A DNA stretch of 64,000 nucleotides from Pseudomonadota bacterium (GCA_039026595.1 JBCCMA010000001.1:24740-88739), one strand, 5' to 3'. Counted from the stretch's first letter, positions 12,064-21,152 are shown. Notes: a model not told the origin generated them from the sequence alone. Made by a program: numbers and translations.

Positions 12064-12080
12064 GATAGACGGAATCTATC
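12064..12080. promoter_or_regulatory. candidate LysR/OxyR-type dyad upstream of katG (GATAG-N7-CTATC)
   Basis: gATAGacggaatCTATc lies about 80-95 nt upstream of the katG ATG. It overlaps a second dyad, ATCGA-ttt-TCGAT (12054-12066). Only one ATAG-N7-CTAT unit of the four-element OxyR motif is present. Confidence 0.3.
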
Positions 12081-12107
12081 AATTAAGCGCTCGGGCGAGG
12101 CCGGACG

Positions 12108-12623
12108 TTATGGCGGCGCCGTGAACGCGTCCGCCCGTGCGAGGGTGCTCTCGTGATCGCTTTTCTTGTGGTTCTGGTAGCTGGTGTCCAGAACGCGGCC
12201 CTGCCGATCCAGCACCACAACGCCCGGCAGCGGCTGACCGCGAAGCCCGGCGATGGCCGGCATCCGTTCGCGGCCCCGGCAAGACACGAAGTGCCAGGGC
12301 ATGCGCTCGCGGCGGATGTACTCTTCCATCGCGTCGCAGCTCCCGTCGGCGCTAAAGAAGACGACCTCGACCGAGCGCTTCTGTTGACGCCACCGCGCCG
12401 CAACCTCTTTTAGCGTCGGGATAAACGCGCGGCACGGGGGACACCAGCTCGCGCCAAAATACACAACGATTGTCTCTGTCTCCGGATCGAGTCGGCTCGG
12501 TTTCATCACACCGGCGTCCATCACCATCAGATCCGTTGTGAACGGGGCCTCGCCGTCGCCGTCGGCCAGCGCCGGGCTGTGGCTTGTGAACAGGAATAAG
12601 ATGAGAAGTAGCTGGCGCATCAC
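12108..12623 (-). CDS. periplasmic thioredoxin-fold protein (TlpA/ResA-like thiol-disulfide oxidoreductase)
   Basis: Signal peptide: MMRQLLLILFLFTSHSPALA. The active site WCPPC sits in the context VVYFGASWCPPCRAF. The start overlaps the upstream receptor stop by 4 nt (ATGA). Confidence 0.8.
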   Translation of the reverse strand: MMRQLLLILFLFTSHSPALADGDGEAPFTTDLMVMDAGVMKPSRLDPETETIVVYFGASWCPPCRAFIPTLKEVAARWRQQKRSVEVVFFSADGSCDAMEEYIRRERMPWHFVSCRGRERMPAIAGLRGQPLPGVVVLDRQGRVLDTSYQNHKKSDHESTLARADAFTAPP

Positions 12624-14743
12624 AACTCCAGGGTCAGGCTGACAAAAAAGGTCCGTGGGAGCCGCGGCCCGTAAACGAAATCGCTGTCTCGATTCGCTCC
12701 AAGCTGCAGATCGTCCTGGAAACTGTCAAACGCATTGCGCACGCCAAAGGCGACATCGAGATGGAGGTCCGATGCGGTTTCGATATGCCGCGTTGCCGAC
12801 AGGTCCATCTCAATGAAATTGTCTGTACGAACGAGCTCACCCGCGTTGTTGTCGAGGACGGACATGGGCCCTGTGAACCTCAGCCCGGCGAACAGATCCC
12901 AGTTTCGAGGAGCAACATACAGCGCTTGCGCCGCCCCCACCCAATTAGGCGTTTTCAGATACCGGTCGGTGGCAACCTGCTGCGTACCCTCCTCGAATAC
13001 GATCTGGGTGTCGTCAAAGCGGGCATCCACGTAGGCGACACTGGCGGACAACTGCAACGCCGTGGTCGGTCGCGCGTTGGCCGTTAACTCAGCACCCAGT
13101 ACTTGGCTGCGGCCGGCGTTGGAGCGAACCTGAAACAGGCCGCCCGTTGCGTCGGTCTGGATATCGCCCAGAAAGAAGGTGTCGTCGAGACGCGTGACGT
13201 AGGCCTGACCGTCAAAACTGAAAATACCATCGCGCCACTCCGGGTCCAGATCGAAGCCGATGGACATCGACGTAGAACGCTCTTCGACGAGGTCCGGTGC
13301 ATTGCGCGTACGGATGGGATCGGCGCCCAACGTATCGATATGCACATCCTCATTGAACACCTCGGGCGCTCGAAAACCGGTGGACAGGTTTGCACGTAGA
13401 ACCAACGTTCGGTCGGGCGAGTACCACAGGCCCACACGCGGCGACAAAATCACGTCATCCACCTCGGAACTCTTGTCGGCCCGCAGCCCGCCGAAGACAC
13501 GCAGTTTCTCTGACAGCGTCCACTCGTCCTGCGCGAACAATCCGAAGACACTGAAGCGCTCGTCAAGAAGGACATTGATCACGTTGCCATCGACCGACTG
13601 GTTGTCGTCGGTCACCGACTCGTCCCGATACTGTAGGCCCATGTTCACGCTGTGCGCACCGCGCTGCGCGTCCACCCGCAGCTCGGCGTATTGCAGCCGA
13701 TCGTCGGTGGCACCGAACTGATTGCGCGAGACGGCGACGGCGGCGTCGAACGCCTGCTGGTCGAATCCAGCTTCGGTGGGATCCGTTTCAACATCGCAGA
13801 GGCCACCGTAAAAGGTGGCCCGATCAACCGTGGACAAACCGTAGATGGCTTCGATCCGGGTTTGCGCATCCCACTGACTACGAAAGCTGAGTGCGCCGCG
13901 ATGCAGGTCGGTCTCAATGTCTTCTGCAACATTAGAAAGGAACGCCGGCTGGTCGAGACGATTGCCGCCGCGGCGCTCTTCTCCTGTGAACTGGTAATTG
14001 AGCAGAAACTCGGATGTTTCGCCGACGGCCAGACGGCTCAGGAAACCGGCCGTAACCAGGTCCCGATCAACAAGCTCCGTGAACGCGTCGTCATTCAGGT
14101 CGAGTGGGTTCTGTCGATCGACCTGAGCAAACGCAGAAATTGCCGCACGCCCGTCGCTCGACACCTTTGTACCCAGAGCACCAAACGAGGTGAAAGGCTC
14201 GCCCTGTCGATCCTCACGCACGGCATACGCTTTCAACCCGTCTTCCGTCGGGCGGATCGGGATCACGTTGACCACCCCGGCGACGGCGCCCGGCCCGTAA
14301 AGTGCAGACGCGCCCCCCTTCAGGACCTCGATTTGCTTTACAAGCGGCGCGGGTATCTGCTCGACCCCGTACACCGACGCGACGCCTGTGAACAGCGGCA
14401 GACCGTCGAAAAGGATCTGGTTGTACGCTCCGGGGAGCCCGAGAAGCTGGATTTCCGTGGTGTTGCAGTTCTGACAGTTGTTTTCGCTGCGGGCCAACGG
14501 CAGGTAGCTGATCGCGTCCGCAAGATTTCGCGATCCGCTGCCCTTCAGCACGTTGTCGCCGATGACGTCGGTTCGGATGGCAGCCTCCCGTTGACGTTGC
14601 TCGGTGCGCGTTGCGGTGACCACCACAGTCTCAAGTGGCGGACGAGCTTCAGGCGCAGGGTCCTCTGCTGCCGCCACGTCAACGCCGCCCGCAAGCGCAA
14701 GCGCTGCAAAGTACAAAGCAATCGTTGAGTTATTCGACATCAT
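12620..14743 (-). CDS. TonB-dependent outer-membrane receptor
   Basis: ORF 12620..14797 begins at a GTG. The internal ATG-ATG at 14743/14740 gives the signal peptide MMSNNSTIALYFAALALAGGVDVAAAE. The plug reads ETVVVTATR...IEVLKGGASALYGPGAVAGVVNVI and contains a CxxC (NNCQNCN). A beta-barrel follows, ending ...FFVSLTLEL. Confidence 0.9.
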   Translation of the reverse strand: MMSNNSTIALYFAALALAGGVDVAAAEDPAPEARPPLETVVVTATRTEQRQREAAIRTDVIGDNVLKGSGSRNLADAISYLPLARSENNCQNCNTTEIQLLGLPGAYNQILFDGLPLFTGVASVYGVEQIPAPLVKQIEVLKGGASALYGPGAVAGVVNVIPIRPTEDGLKAYAVREDRQGEPFTSFGALGTKVSSDGRAAISAFAQVDRQNPLDLNDDAFTELVDRDLVTAGFLSRLAVGETSEFLLNYQFTGEERRGGNRLDQPAFLSNVAEDIETDLHRGALSFRSQWDAQTRIEAIYGLSTVDRATFYGGLCDVETDPTEAGFDQQAFDAAVAVSRNQFGATDDRLQYAELRVDAQRGAHSVNMGLQYRDESVTDDNQSVDGNVINVLLDERFSVFGLFAQDEWTLSEKLRVFGGLRADKSSEVDDVILSPRVGLWYSPDRTLVLRANLSTGFRAPEVFNEDVHIDTLGADPIRTRNAPDLVEERSTSMSIGFDLDPEWRDGIFSFDGQAYVTRLDDTFFLGDIQTDATGGLFQVRSNAGRSQVLGAELTANARPTTALQLSASVAYVDARFDDTQIVFEEGTQQVATDRYLKTPNWVGAAQALYVAPRNWDLFAGLRFTGPMSVLDNNAGELVRTDNFIEMDLSATRHIETASDLHLDVAFGVRNAFDSFQDDLQLGANRDSDFVYGPRLPRTFFVSLTLEL

Positions 14744-14812
14744 GACCGTTCGGCTCAAGGGTCGCGACAGGGTAACAAACCTGCCTGATCCGGCCACATG
14801 GGGCCTGATTTG

Positions 14813-14848
14813 TAAAAAAAACGGCCGGGAGCAACGCTACCCGGCCGA
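14813..14848 (-). terminator. strong rho-independent terminator (reads on the minus strand), downstream of pufA and about 70 nt upstream of the TonB receptor start
   Basis: On the minus strand: CGGCCGGG-tagcgttgct-CCCGGCCG (8-bp perfect stem, 14821-14848), followed by TTTTTTTT (14813-14820). Confidence 0.8.
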
Positions 14849-15091
14849 TCGTTTTGTCGATACTGCGCTCTGCGGGGGCGCCAACCAAGACAGCGCGTCG
14901 CGAGCCAGGCAGACCTCGACAAAAAAGAGCACGGCAAACCACCACCCACAGCAGTGAATCAGAACTCACACCGCGCTGAGAAGCGGTGCCGCGATCCACA
15001 ATTTGCTCCACCTCGCAGTGTGCGTCGATGACTCATCGCGAGGGCGGTGGCGCCGTGCATACCTAACTCAAATATCGATCCCCTTTCGGCA

Positions 15092-15121
15092 ATCAAATAA
15101 AACTGTTGGGGTTCTCACCCC
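15092..15121 (-). terminator. short hairpin + U-rich tract 55 nt after pufA (candidate leaky terminator or mRNA-stability hairpin)
   Basis: On the minus strand: GGGGU-GAGA-ACCCC (GNRA-type loop, 15108-15121), followed by aacaGTTTTATTTGATTG. Confidence 0.4.
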
Positions 15122-15176
15122 GGATATAACGCGCGGGCCGCCGGATTGCGACGGACCGCACGCTACACTTTTTGCA

Positions 15177-15395
15177 TCAACCGACGCGCGTATCCAACGC
15201 GTCCAGTTCGGCGTGATACGCCACCCTGTCCAGCGTTTGGAACGACGACACGTCTGCTGCGCCAGGCCCTTCAATCCAGTTGAATCGGTCGGTACTCAAC
15301 ACGATAAAGTGAATGAAGATTGCCAGCGTGAACAGGAAGACTGCCATTGCGATGAGCATTCTTCGCGGATCAAACATCAGCCAAATACGCCACAT
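15177..15395 (-). CDS. pufA: light-harvesting 1 (B870/B875) alpha polypeptide
   Basis: MWRIWLMFDPRRMLIAMAVFLFTLAIFIHFIVLSTDRFNWIEG matches the LH1-alpha pattern (MWRIW..FDPRR...H.ILLST..FNW). GGAGG lies 7 nt upstream. A C-terminal extension of about 20 aa is present. Confidence 0.95.
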   Translation of the reverse strand: MWRIWLMFDPRRMLIAMAVFLFTLAIFIHFIVLSTDRFNWIEGPGAADVSSFQTLDRVAYHAELDALDTRVG

Positions 15396-15407
15396 TTTTC
15401 AGTCCTC

Positions 15408-15635
15408 CTAGGTCAGACGTGCAAGCACGTGGTTAGCGACGGCATTGGCGCCGTCCATCAACGATGCGTAACCACCTTCCCCTGGGAACCAGGGACGCCA
15501 CTGCCAAACGAGGAAGTGGGCGATGATTGCGATCACGGTGAAGCCAATGAACCCAGCCATGAACAGGCGGTGGAATTCTTTGGCCTCATTAGCGGTCAGA
15601 CCCGACATGGATCCTCCCGAGTTATGGTCAGACAT
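15408..15635 (-). CDS. pufB: light-harvesting 1 beta polypeptide
   Basis: [42 protein letters not shown] matches the LH-beta pattern (L..EA.EFH..F....AH.LVW.WRPW). It lies 12 nt upstream of pufA. An extra C-terminal tail of about 16 aa is present. Confidence 0.95.
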   Translation of the reverse strand: MSDHNSGGSMSGLTANEAKEFHRLFMAGFIGFTVIAIIAHFLVWQWRPWFPGEGGYASLMDGANAVANHVLARLT

Positions 15636-15742
15636 GGATCGATTCCTTACTGTCTTGCCTTACGGCAGTTACCGCACCCATCCCGTACGGCGGGGACTCC
15701 ACAACAACACTCATTTCCCTGCGAAAATTCATGCGTTACGAA

Positions 15743-15985
15743 TTACGTAACCGAGAACGCAATGGCCGTTACGTTTCGCGCGGTCAATGTCGCCTCACGA
15801 AAAGCACTCTGGTACCCCTTGCGTCCCGGTGGCCACGGCTGCCAACGCCAGCCCGACAGCGACGCTGCCAGAGCAATGGGCAGAACGGCGGCAAAACTGC
15901 ACCCCAGCACAAGCCATTCGCCGAGCGATCTCGCTGGCGTAACAGGTCGAGCCTCTGTGGTGTGTTGCACAATCGTCTGTGTCAT
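15743..15985 (-). CDS. pufQ: PufQ-like small membrane protein
   Basis: 80 aa with a single central TM segment (EWLVLGCSFAAVLPIALAASLSGW) and a basic/aromatic tail (SAFREATLTARNVTAIAF). It occupies the bchZ-pufB slot where pufQ sits in Rhodobacter-type clusters. The call rests on position, size and topology; sequence similarity is weak. Confidence 0.5.
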   Translation of the reverse strand: MTQTIVQHTTEARPVTPARSLGEWLVLGCSFAAVLPIALAASLSGWRWQPWPPGRKGYQSAFREATLTARNVTAIAFSVT

Positions 15986-16121
15986 TGGTCAGTTCCGTAG
16001 TGGTTGCATAGTGGTGCCAGGCATTTCGCGGTACGACTTGTGGTCGCAGATTGCCTCGCCCAATTCATTTCACTCCGTGTCTCGTCTGCGACGGTCGCTG
16101 TCCATAGTGTCCGCCCAACCG

Positions 16122-17573
16122 TCATGCGGCTGCGCTGGCGTTTTGCGCGGCGTGCACCACGCAATCCAGATCCACACTGCTGAGACTGAGCAGTCTGGCC
16201 TGTTTCTCTGCCGCGTCGCGAAGCGTCTTGGCAGCTGAAATTCGTATAAGGACCGGCGCTTTTTCGACAATCTCGTCGAGTCGAGCCTTCGCATTGTCGT
16301 CCCAGGGCAACGAACGCGTTTGTCGCGTCGGTGTGCTCGGCGTTTTGTCGAGCTCACTGCCGAGGGGAAGAATGTGGAACAGCGCGTCAAACATCGCGTT
16401 GCAGATTTCCTGCATCAAATAGGTGGCGCCGCTGTAACCCATGAACGGCGTGCCGGTATGACGCCGGATGATCGCGCCCGGGAAGGAAGCCGGAATGAAC
16501 ATCGTTCTGGCACCGATCTCGGACAGATACATCCGTTCGTTGTAACTGCCGAACATCATCATGGGTGTTTTGGTGTGCGTCAGTTCGCGCACTTCGTCGT
16601 TGCGAGTCTTCTGACCCGCACGTCGACTCACCGCGAACGTGCACGGCATGCCCATGTCTTCCTCCAGAAAATTGCGCACACCGCGCGTGTAGGTTTCGTT
16701 TGCGACAATGGCGAAGCTCGCCGTCGCGTAGAAATCCTGCGTCACCGACCGCCACAAATCCCACAGCGGCTTGATGGTCGTGTGCTTCTCTTTCTCGATG
16801 AACGGCTCAGGGTCCAGCCCGAGAATGTCACCGAGTTCGCGCAGGAACGCGGTGGTGCTGTGCAGCCCGATCGGCGCCTGGAGGTACGGCCGATCGAGCT
16901 GTTCGCACAGCATTCTTCCGAACTCGCGGTACATGCAGACATTCGCCTCTGCGTTCGCAAGTTTCGGTACGTCCGTGAGGAGGCTGCCGAGCGGGAACGT
17001 CAGATTGACCTCCGCGCCGAGGCCCTCAATCAGGCGGGTGATCTCCGCCAGATCGGACGGCATGTTGAAGTGCCCGTAGGCGGGCCCGATGATATTGACG
17101 CGCGGCTTCTCGCCGTCCTTGCGCTTGGGCACGGGCGGCACCTTGCCGCCTTTGGGTCCGTACTCGGACCACAGCCACGACATGGACCGATCCGCACACT
17201 GCCACTGATCTTCGTCGATCGTGCGCGGCAAAAAGCGTTTGATCTTGGTGCCCTCCGGTGTGACACCACCTCCGATCATCTCGGCGATGGAACCGGTCAC
17301 CACCACGCTCGGCTTGGAAGGATCGAGCGTCTTGTGCGCGCGCTTCATCGCGCCTTCAGTGCCTTTCTGGCCGAGCTCTTCCTCACCCAGACCCGTGACG
17401 ACAATGGGCAGTTCATGCGGCGGCAGCCCGTCGGTGTAATGCAATACCGACGTCACCGGCAGATTCTCGCAGCCCACCGGGCCGTCGATGATGACCTGCA
17501 GACCCTTGATGGCGCAGAACACGTATACCGCGCCCCAGTAGCCGCCCGCCCGATCGTGGTCGAGAACCAGCAT
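16122..17573 (-). CDS. bchZ: chlorophyllide a reductase subunit Z
   Basis: The N-terminus [40 protein letters not shown] is typical of BchZ. The gene is 483 aa and directly follows bchY. Confidence 0.95.
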   Translation of the reverse strand: MLVLDHDRAGGYWGAVYVFCAIKGLQVIIDGPVGCENLPVTSVLHYTDGLPPHELPIVVTGLGEEELGQKGTEGAMKRAHKTLDPSKPSVVVTGSIAEMIGGGVTPEGTKIKRFLPRTIDEDQWQCADRSMSWLWSEYGPKGGKVPPVPKRKDGEKPRVNIIGPAYGHFNMPSDLAEITRLIEGLGAEVNLTFPLGSLLTDVPKLANAEANVCMYREFGRMLCEQLDRPYLQAPIGLHSTTAFLRELGDILGLDPEPFIEKEKHTTIKPLWDLWRSVTQDFYATASFAIVANETYTRGVRNFLEEDMGMPCTFAVSRRAGQKTRNDEVRELTHTKTPMMMFGSYNERMYLSEIGARTMFIPASFPGAIIRRHTGTPFMGYSGATYLMQEICNAMFDALFHILPLGSELDKTPSTPTRQTRSLPWDDNAKARLDEIVEKAPVLIRISAAKTLRDAAEKQARLLSLSSVDLDCVVHAAQNASAAA

Positions 17574-19117
17574 CAGGCGTTCACCCGCTTTTTCTCGCCC
17601 GTATCCGGGGTGGTGGCACCACGTGTGGCGCGACGTTTTGGTCCACGAACCGGGCCGCGGCGTTTCTTGGGCGCAACCCGCGGCAGATCCTGCCAGACAC
17701 CGGCCTTCTCGCCCTCGCCCACACCGCCAAAGAACGCGCGCATGGTGTCCATGCGATCAGACTGCGACAGCGCGCCGTTAATAACCATGGCCAACGAGCC
17801 GGGGCCGGGGATGCCACTCAGGGGGCGTGCAGAAATCAGGTTGGTGAAATACAGACCAGGTATGGAAAGTTCTTTGGCCTTTTGCACCACCGGGGTGGTG
17901 CCAATGGCCAGGTCCGGTTTGTGGTCGAGGATCGCCTGACAATCCTGCTCGAGCGAGGCGCGGTACTGCACCTGAACCCCGCGAGCTTCAAGCCATTCAC
18001 GATCCGCAGCCGACCATGCCGTCTTGGGACAGGCCGATCCCACATATTTGAGATCCGCGCCGCACTCAACCAGCAATCGGGCAACGATCAATTCCGAGCC
18101 TTCATAACCAGACAGCGTGATTCGCGCGTTGATCGGCGACGCTGCAATGGCACCTTTGATCGCCGGCAGCACGGCATTTCGTGCCGCCTCGATCCGCTCC
18201 TCGGACACGCCCGCCGCTTCGCCGATGGCCCGAAGCCATGCGTCTGTGCCGTCGTGCCCAACCGGCGCCGACCCGACAATGGGACGTCCGGCCGCTTCGA
18301 ATTCGCGCACGCAGGCGGTGTAAAACGGATGGATAGCCGCGACGACGCGCCCCTCCAGAGCGGAATACAGTTCGCGCCATTCGCGCGTAGGCACAACGGG
18401 TCCCGCGCGCAGGCCCAATGGCTCCAACAAACCGCCGATGCTGACCGGATCGGCCGGGAACATTTCGCCAAGCAACGTCACACTCGGGCGATCGTCGTCC
18501 TGCTGATCGGCCATGGCCGCGACCGGTCCGCTTTCAATCTCTTGCCGCGCGTAGTTGAGCATCGCGCCGGCCAGTACATCCTTGGCCTCAGCGTGCGTCG
18601 GAATACCAAAACCTGGCACATCGATACCGATGATGCGCACACCGTTGATTTCCTTCGGCAGCAATTGCAAAGGCACGCCGGATGCCGTGGGCACACAGAG
18701 ATTGGTGATCACCACAGCATCGTATTGCTCCGGATCAGCCAGATCGTGTACCGCCTCACGGATGTCCTCGAACAGTTTGCCGGTGACCAGCGTTTCTGAG
18801 TTGAACGGGACGTAGCCAACGGTGCGTCGCGCGCCATAAAAATGGGACGTAAACGTCAGTCCATACACGCAACACGCCGATCCGGAGAGAATCGTGGCGG
18901 TACGCCGCATGCGCAGCCCAACACGCAACGAACCGAACGCCGGACACATCGACTGAGGCTGATCGTGCGGCCCCATCGGATAGTCCTTCGCGTACTTCTC
19001 AAGCAGCTCGGCCTTGCCCGCAGCGGCGGCTGACTTACGCAGCTCATCCTTGGCGTGGCAGCCGCTGGCCGGGGCCGGAGCGCTCGTGTTCGCGTTGTTG
19101 GTTGGCGTATCGGTCAT
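17573..19117 (-). CDS. bchY: chlorophyllide a reductase subunit Y
   Basis: [45 protein letters not shown] is a NifD/BchN-like Cys pattern. The gene lies between bchX and bchZ. Confidence 0.95.
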   Translation of the reverse strand: MTDTPTNNANTSAPAPASGCHAKDELRKSAAAAGKAELLEKYAKDYPMGPHDQPQSMCPAFGSLRVGLRMRRTATILSGSACCVYGLTFTSHFYGARRTVGYVPFNSETLVTGKLFEDIREAVHDLADPEQYDAVVITNLCVPTASGVPLQLLPKEINGVRIIGIDVPGFGIPTHAEAKDVLAGAMLNYARQEIESGPVAAMADQQDDDRPSVTLLGEMFPADPVSIGGLLEPLGLRAGPVVPTREWRELYSALEGRVVAAIHPFYTACVREFEAAGRPIVGSAPVGHDGTDAWLRAIGEAAGVSEERIEAARNAVLPAIKGAIAASPINARITLSGYEGSELIVARLLVECGADLKYVGSACPKTAWSAADREWLEARGVQVQYRASLEQDCQAILDHKPDLAIGTTPVVQKAKELSIPGLYFTNLISARPLSGIPGPGSLAMVINGALSQSDRMDTMRAFFGGVGEGEKAGVWQDLPRVAPKKRRGPVRGPKRRATRGATTPDTGEKKRVNA

Positions 19118-19119
19118 GG

Positions 19120-20148
19120 TCAGACGTTGTCGTAAACGACCTCCAGCGATGGCCGTTCGATCACGGACTTGCCGCTCATATCTTCCATGGTGGCCGGCGT
19201 CAGCGTGACGCCTGCACCGACGGACTCACCGCTAAACAGACCAAGCAGTCCGTCCTGCGACAAGGGCGTGGGGTGTTTCGGTGGCGCTTCAGCCACGTTG
19301 GTCGCGAGCTCTTCGAACAGCGACGCCCAGGGCCCGCCTGGCTTGCCCACAATCTCGTAGTTAGCGCTCTTGCGCCGGATGTCGTCATCGGCCGGAATAG
19401 CGGCCAGCACCGGAATGCCCACCGCTTCGGCGAATGCGTGCGCCTCGCCCGTGCCATCATCCTTGTTGATCGCCATACCGGCCACACCCACGTTGCCGCC
19501 GAGCTTGCGGAAATACTCCACAGCCGAGCACACGTTGTTGGCCACATAGAGCGACTGAAGATCATTTGAACCGACGACGATGACTTTCTGGCACATGTCA
19601 CGGGCGATCGGCAGACCAAAGCCACCGCACACCACGTCACCCAGGAAGTCGAGCAGCACGTAATCGAAATCCCATTCGTGGAAGCCCAGCTTCTCCATGA
19701 TCTCGAAGCCGTGAATGATGCCGCGACCACCGCAGCCCCGACCGACTTCCGGACCACCGAGCTCCATGGCGAACACACCGTCACGCTTGAAGCAGACATC
19801 GCCGATGGTGACGGGGTCCCCCGCCTCCTTGAGACGAGCAGAGGTTTCAATGATGGTCGGGCAGCTTTTGCCGCCAAACAGCAATGAGGTGGTATCGCTT
19901 TTCGGGTCACACCCGATCAGCAGCACTTTTTTGCCCTGCTGCGCCATCATGTAAGACAGATTGGACAGCGTAAAACTCTTACCGATGCCGCCCTTGCCGT
20001 AAATGGCGATGATCTGCGTTTCCTTGGTCACCTCTTCGGTGGCCACTGGCTCGGATTCCTGCGACGCCTCCTCGCGCAGACGCTCATGCATGGCGGCCTG
20101 TCCGTTCACGGTTTGCGTCTTGATGACGTCTGCTTCGGTCGCGCTCAT
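19120..20148 (-). CDS. bchX: chlorophyllide a reductase iron protein subunit X
   Basis: A NifH-like P-loop ([20 protein letters not shown]) and the cluster ligands (GDVVCGGFG). ORF 19120..20184. I prefer the ATG at 20148, which overlaps the bchC stop as ATGA. Confidence 0.93.
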   Translation of the reverse strand: MSATEADVIKTQTVNGQAAMHERLREEASQESEPVATEEVTKETQIIAIYGKGGIGKSFTLSNLSYMMAQQGKKVLLIGCDPKSDTTSLLFGGKSCPTIIETSARLKEAGDPVTIGDVCFKRDGVFAMELGGPEVGRGCGGRGIIHGFEIMEKLGFHEWDFDYVLLDFLGDVVCGGFGLPIARDMCQKVIVVGSNDLQSLYVANNVCSAVEYFRKLGGNVGVAGMAINKDDGTGEAHAFAEAVGIPVLAAIPADDDIRRKSANYEIVGKPGGPWASLFEELATNVAEAPPKHPTPLSQDGLLGLFSGESVGAGVTLTPATMEDMSGKSVIERPSLEVVYDNV

Positions 20149-21104
20149 TGCAGCGTTCTCCAGTCCATCACCATTTTCAGGCAATTGGGATCACCAAATG
20201 CCGTGTCGTAGGCCATCGACGCTTCCGACGCCGGCACGGTGTGTGTAATCAGCCCGTCCAGTGAAAGCGCACCATCCTCGACCATGCGGTGCGCATTCCG
20301 AAGATCTACCCGCTTCCACTCAGCAGCGATGCGGAAGCGTGCTTCGCGCATGAATGCGGGCGGGAAAGTGAATGACAGTCGTTTTGAATAGAAGCCAGCC
20401 AGCACAATCTCGCCACCCGGCGCAATCCGCTTGACCAGATCATCGAGGATGTCCGCGTCGCCGCTGACGTCATAAATATGCTGGTAGTCGTGGCGCGTAT
20501 CTTTTTCCGGACGCAAAACGTCATAGCCTTGTGCGCCGGCAAAGCGGCCGGAGTCGACTTCCCAGACCGTGGGCGGCACACCGGTCATCGCCAGCGACAG
20601 CCGGGCAAGTAACCGACCCAACACGCCGTGACCAATAATCAGATCGGGTGCGGCCGAGTGTCCGGCACCACGAATGGCGTGCAAGGCTGTTGCAGCGAGC
20701 GCCAGCAAGGTTCCCTTGTCATAGACCGAGGTACTGATACGCAGCGCCTTTTCGGATGGCACCACGAGGCGTGACGCTGACCCGCCGAACAAACCGCGCA
20801 CATCACCAAAGCAGTCTGCGCCGCTGACAAACACACGTTCGCCGATGCGCGACCGTTGATCCAGACCGGCATCCACAATCTGCCCAACCGTTTCATAGCC
20901 CGGCACCAGCGGATAGGCGAGCCCCGGAAAAGACGGCATGGCGCCGTTCCACAACAACCGCTCGGTGCCTGTGCTTATTCCCGAGAATTCAACATCGACG
21001 ACGACGTCGTTCTGACCGGGTGCGGTCAGCGGGAGGTCCGCCAGCACAAGTGCGTTCGGACGCTCGAAGACCACGGCTTTCGCCTGTAGTGAAGAGTCGC
21101 TCAT
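20145..21104 (-). CDS. bchC: bacteriochlorophyllide a dehydrogenase (3-hydroxyethyl to 3-acetyl)
   Basis: The fold is medium-chain dehydrogenase (VVVDVEFSGISTGTERLLWNGAMPSFPGLAYPLVPGYE). Supported by its position ahead of bchXYZ and by the tandem PpsR operators upstream. Confidence 0.9.
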   Translation of the reverse strand: MSDSSLQAKAVVFERPNALVLADLPLTAPGQNDVVVDVEFSGISTGTERLLWNGAMPSFPGLAYPLVPGYETVGQIVDAGLDQRSRIGERVFVSGADCFGDVRGLFGGSASRLVVPSEKALRISTSVYDKGTLLALAATALHAIRGAGHSAAPDLIIGHGVLGRLLARLSLAMTGVPPTVWEVDSGRFAGAQGYDVLRPEKDTRHDYQHIYDVSGDADILDDLVKRIAPGGEIVLAGFYSKRLSFTFPPAFMREARFRIAAEWKRVDLRNAHRMVEDGALSLDGLITHTVPASEASMAYDTAFGDPNCLKMVMDWRTLQ

Positions 21105-21152
21105 TTACCGCTGTCGTCGTTCGTGTTTTTGATCGGGAGAAAGAGTGTAGAT

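Noticed and set aside
14813-15176. Possible cobalamin riboswitch in the pufA / TonB-receptor spacer. The minus strand has GGCGCCCCCGCAG (resembling the GC.G.CCCCGC core) and CACACUGCGAGGUGG. The plus strand has GAGCCAGGCAGACCTCG (14902-14918), which resembles the B12-box AGCCAGGAGACCTGCC.
   Set aside because: The pieces lie on opposite strands and in the wrong order. The AGGGAA, GGUG.GAA.CC, ACUGU and GCCACUG elements are missing, and a plus-strand element would have no downstream gene. Only a covariance-model scan (Rfam RF00174) could rescue this idea.
14744-15176. A degraded pufL/pufM remnant or a small pufX/LH1-gamma-like ORF after pufA.
   Set aside because: The translations of the overlapping minus-strand ORFs (14730..15011, 14755..14949, 15068..15274) show no PufL-like sequence. 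They have no TM segment with an RBS, and two of them run through the terminator or overlap pufA out of frame.
15986-16121. PpsR boxes upstream of the pufQ-like gene and of pufB (15636-15742).
   Set aside because: I checked every TGT in both intervals and none is followed by ACA after 12 nt. puf expression here is presumably driven from bchC-type upstream promoters or by other regulators.
16320-17939. Very long ORFs antisense to or overlapping well-supported genes, for example 16320..17939 (+, 539 aa), 13652..14728 (+, 358 aa), 15003..16238 (+, 411 aa), 3649..4608 (-, 319 aa), 8878..9633 (-), 34901..35695 (+) and 39021..39860 (+).
   Set aside because: Their composition is Arg/Pro/Gly/His-rich and low in complexity. 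They carry no recognisable motifs and lie opposite genes with unambiguous family signatures (bchZ/Y, TonB receptor, pufBA, bchH, bchB). This is the expected stop-codon-poor artefact of ~60% GC DNA.
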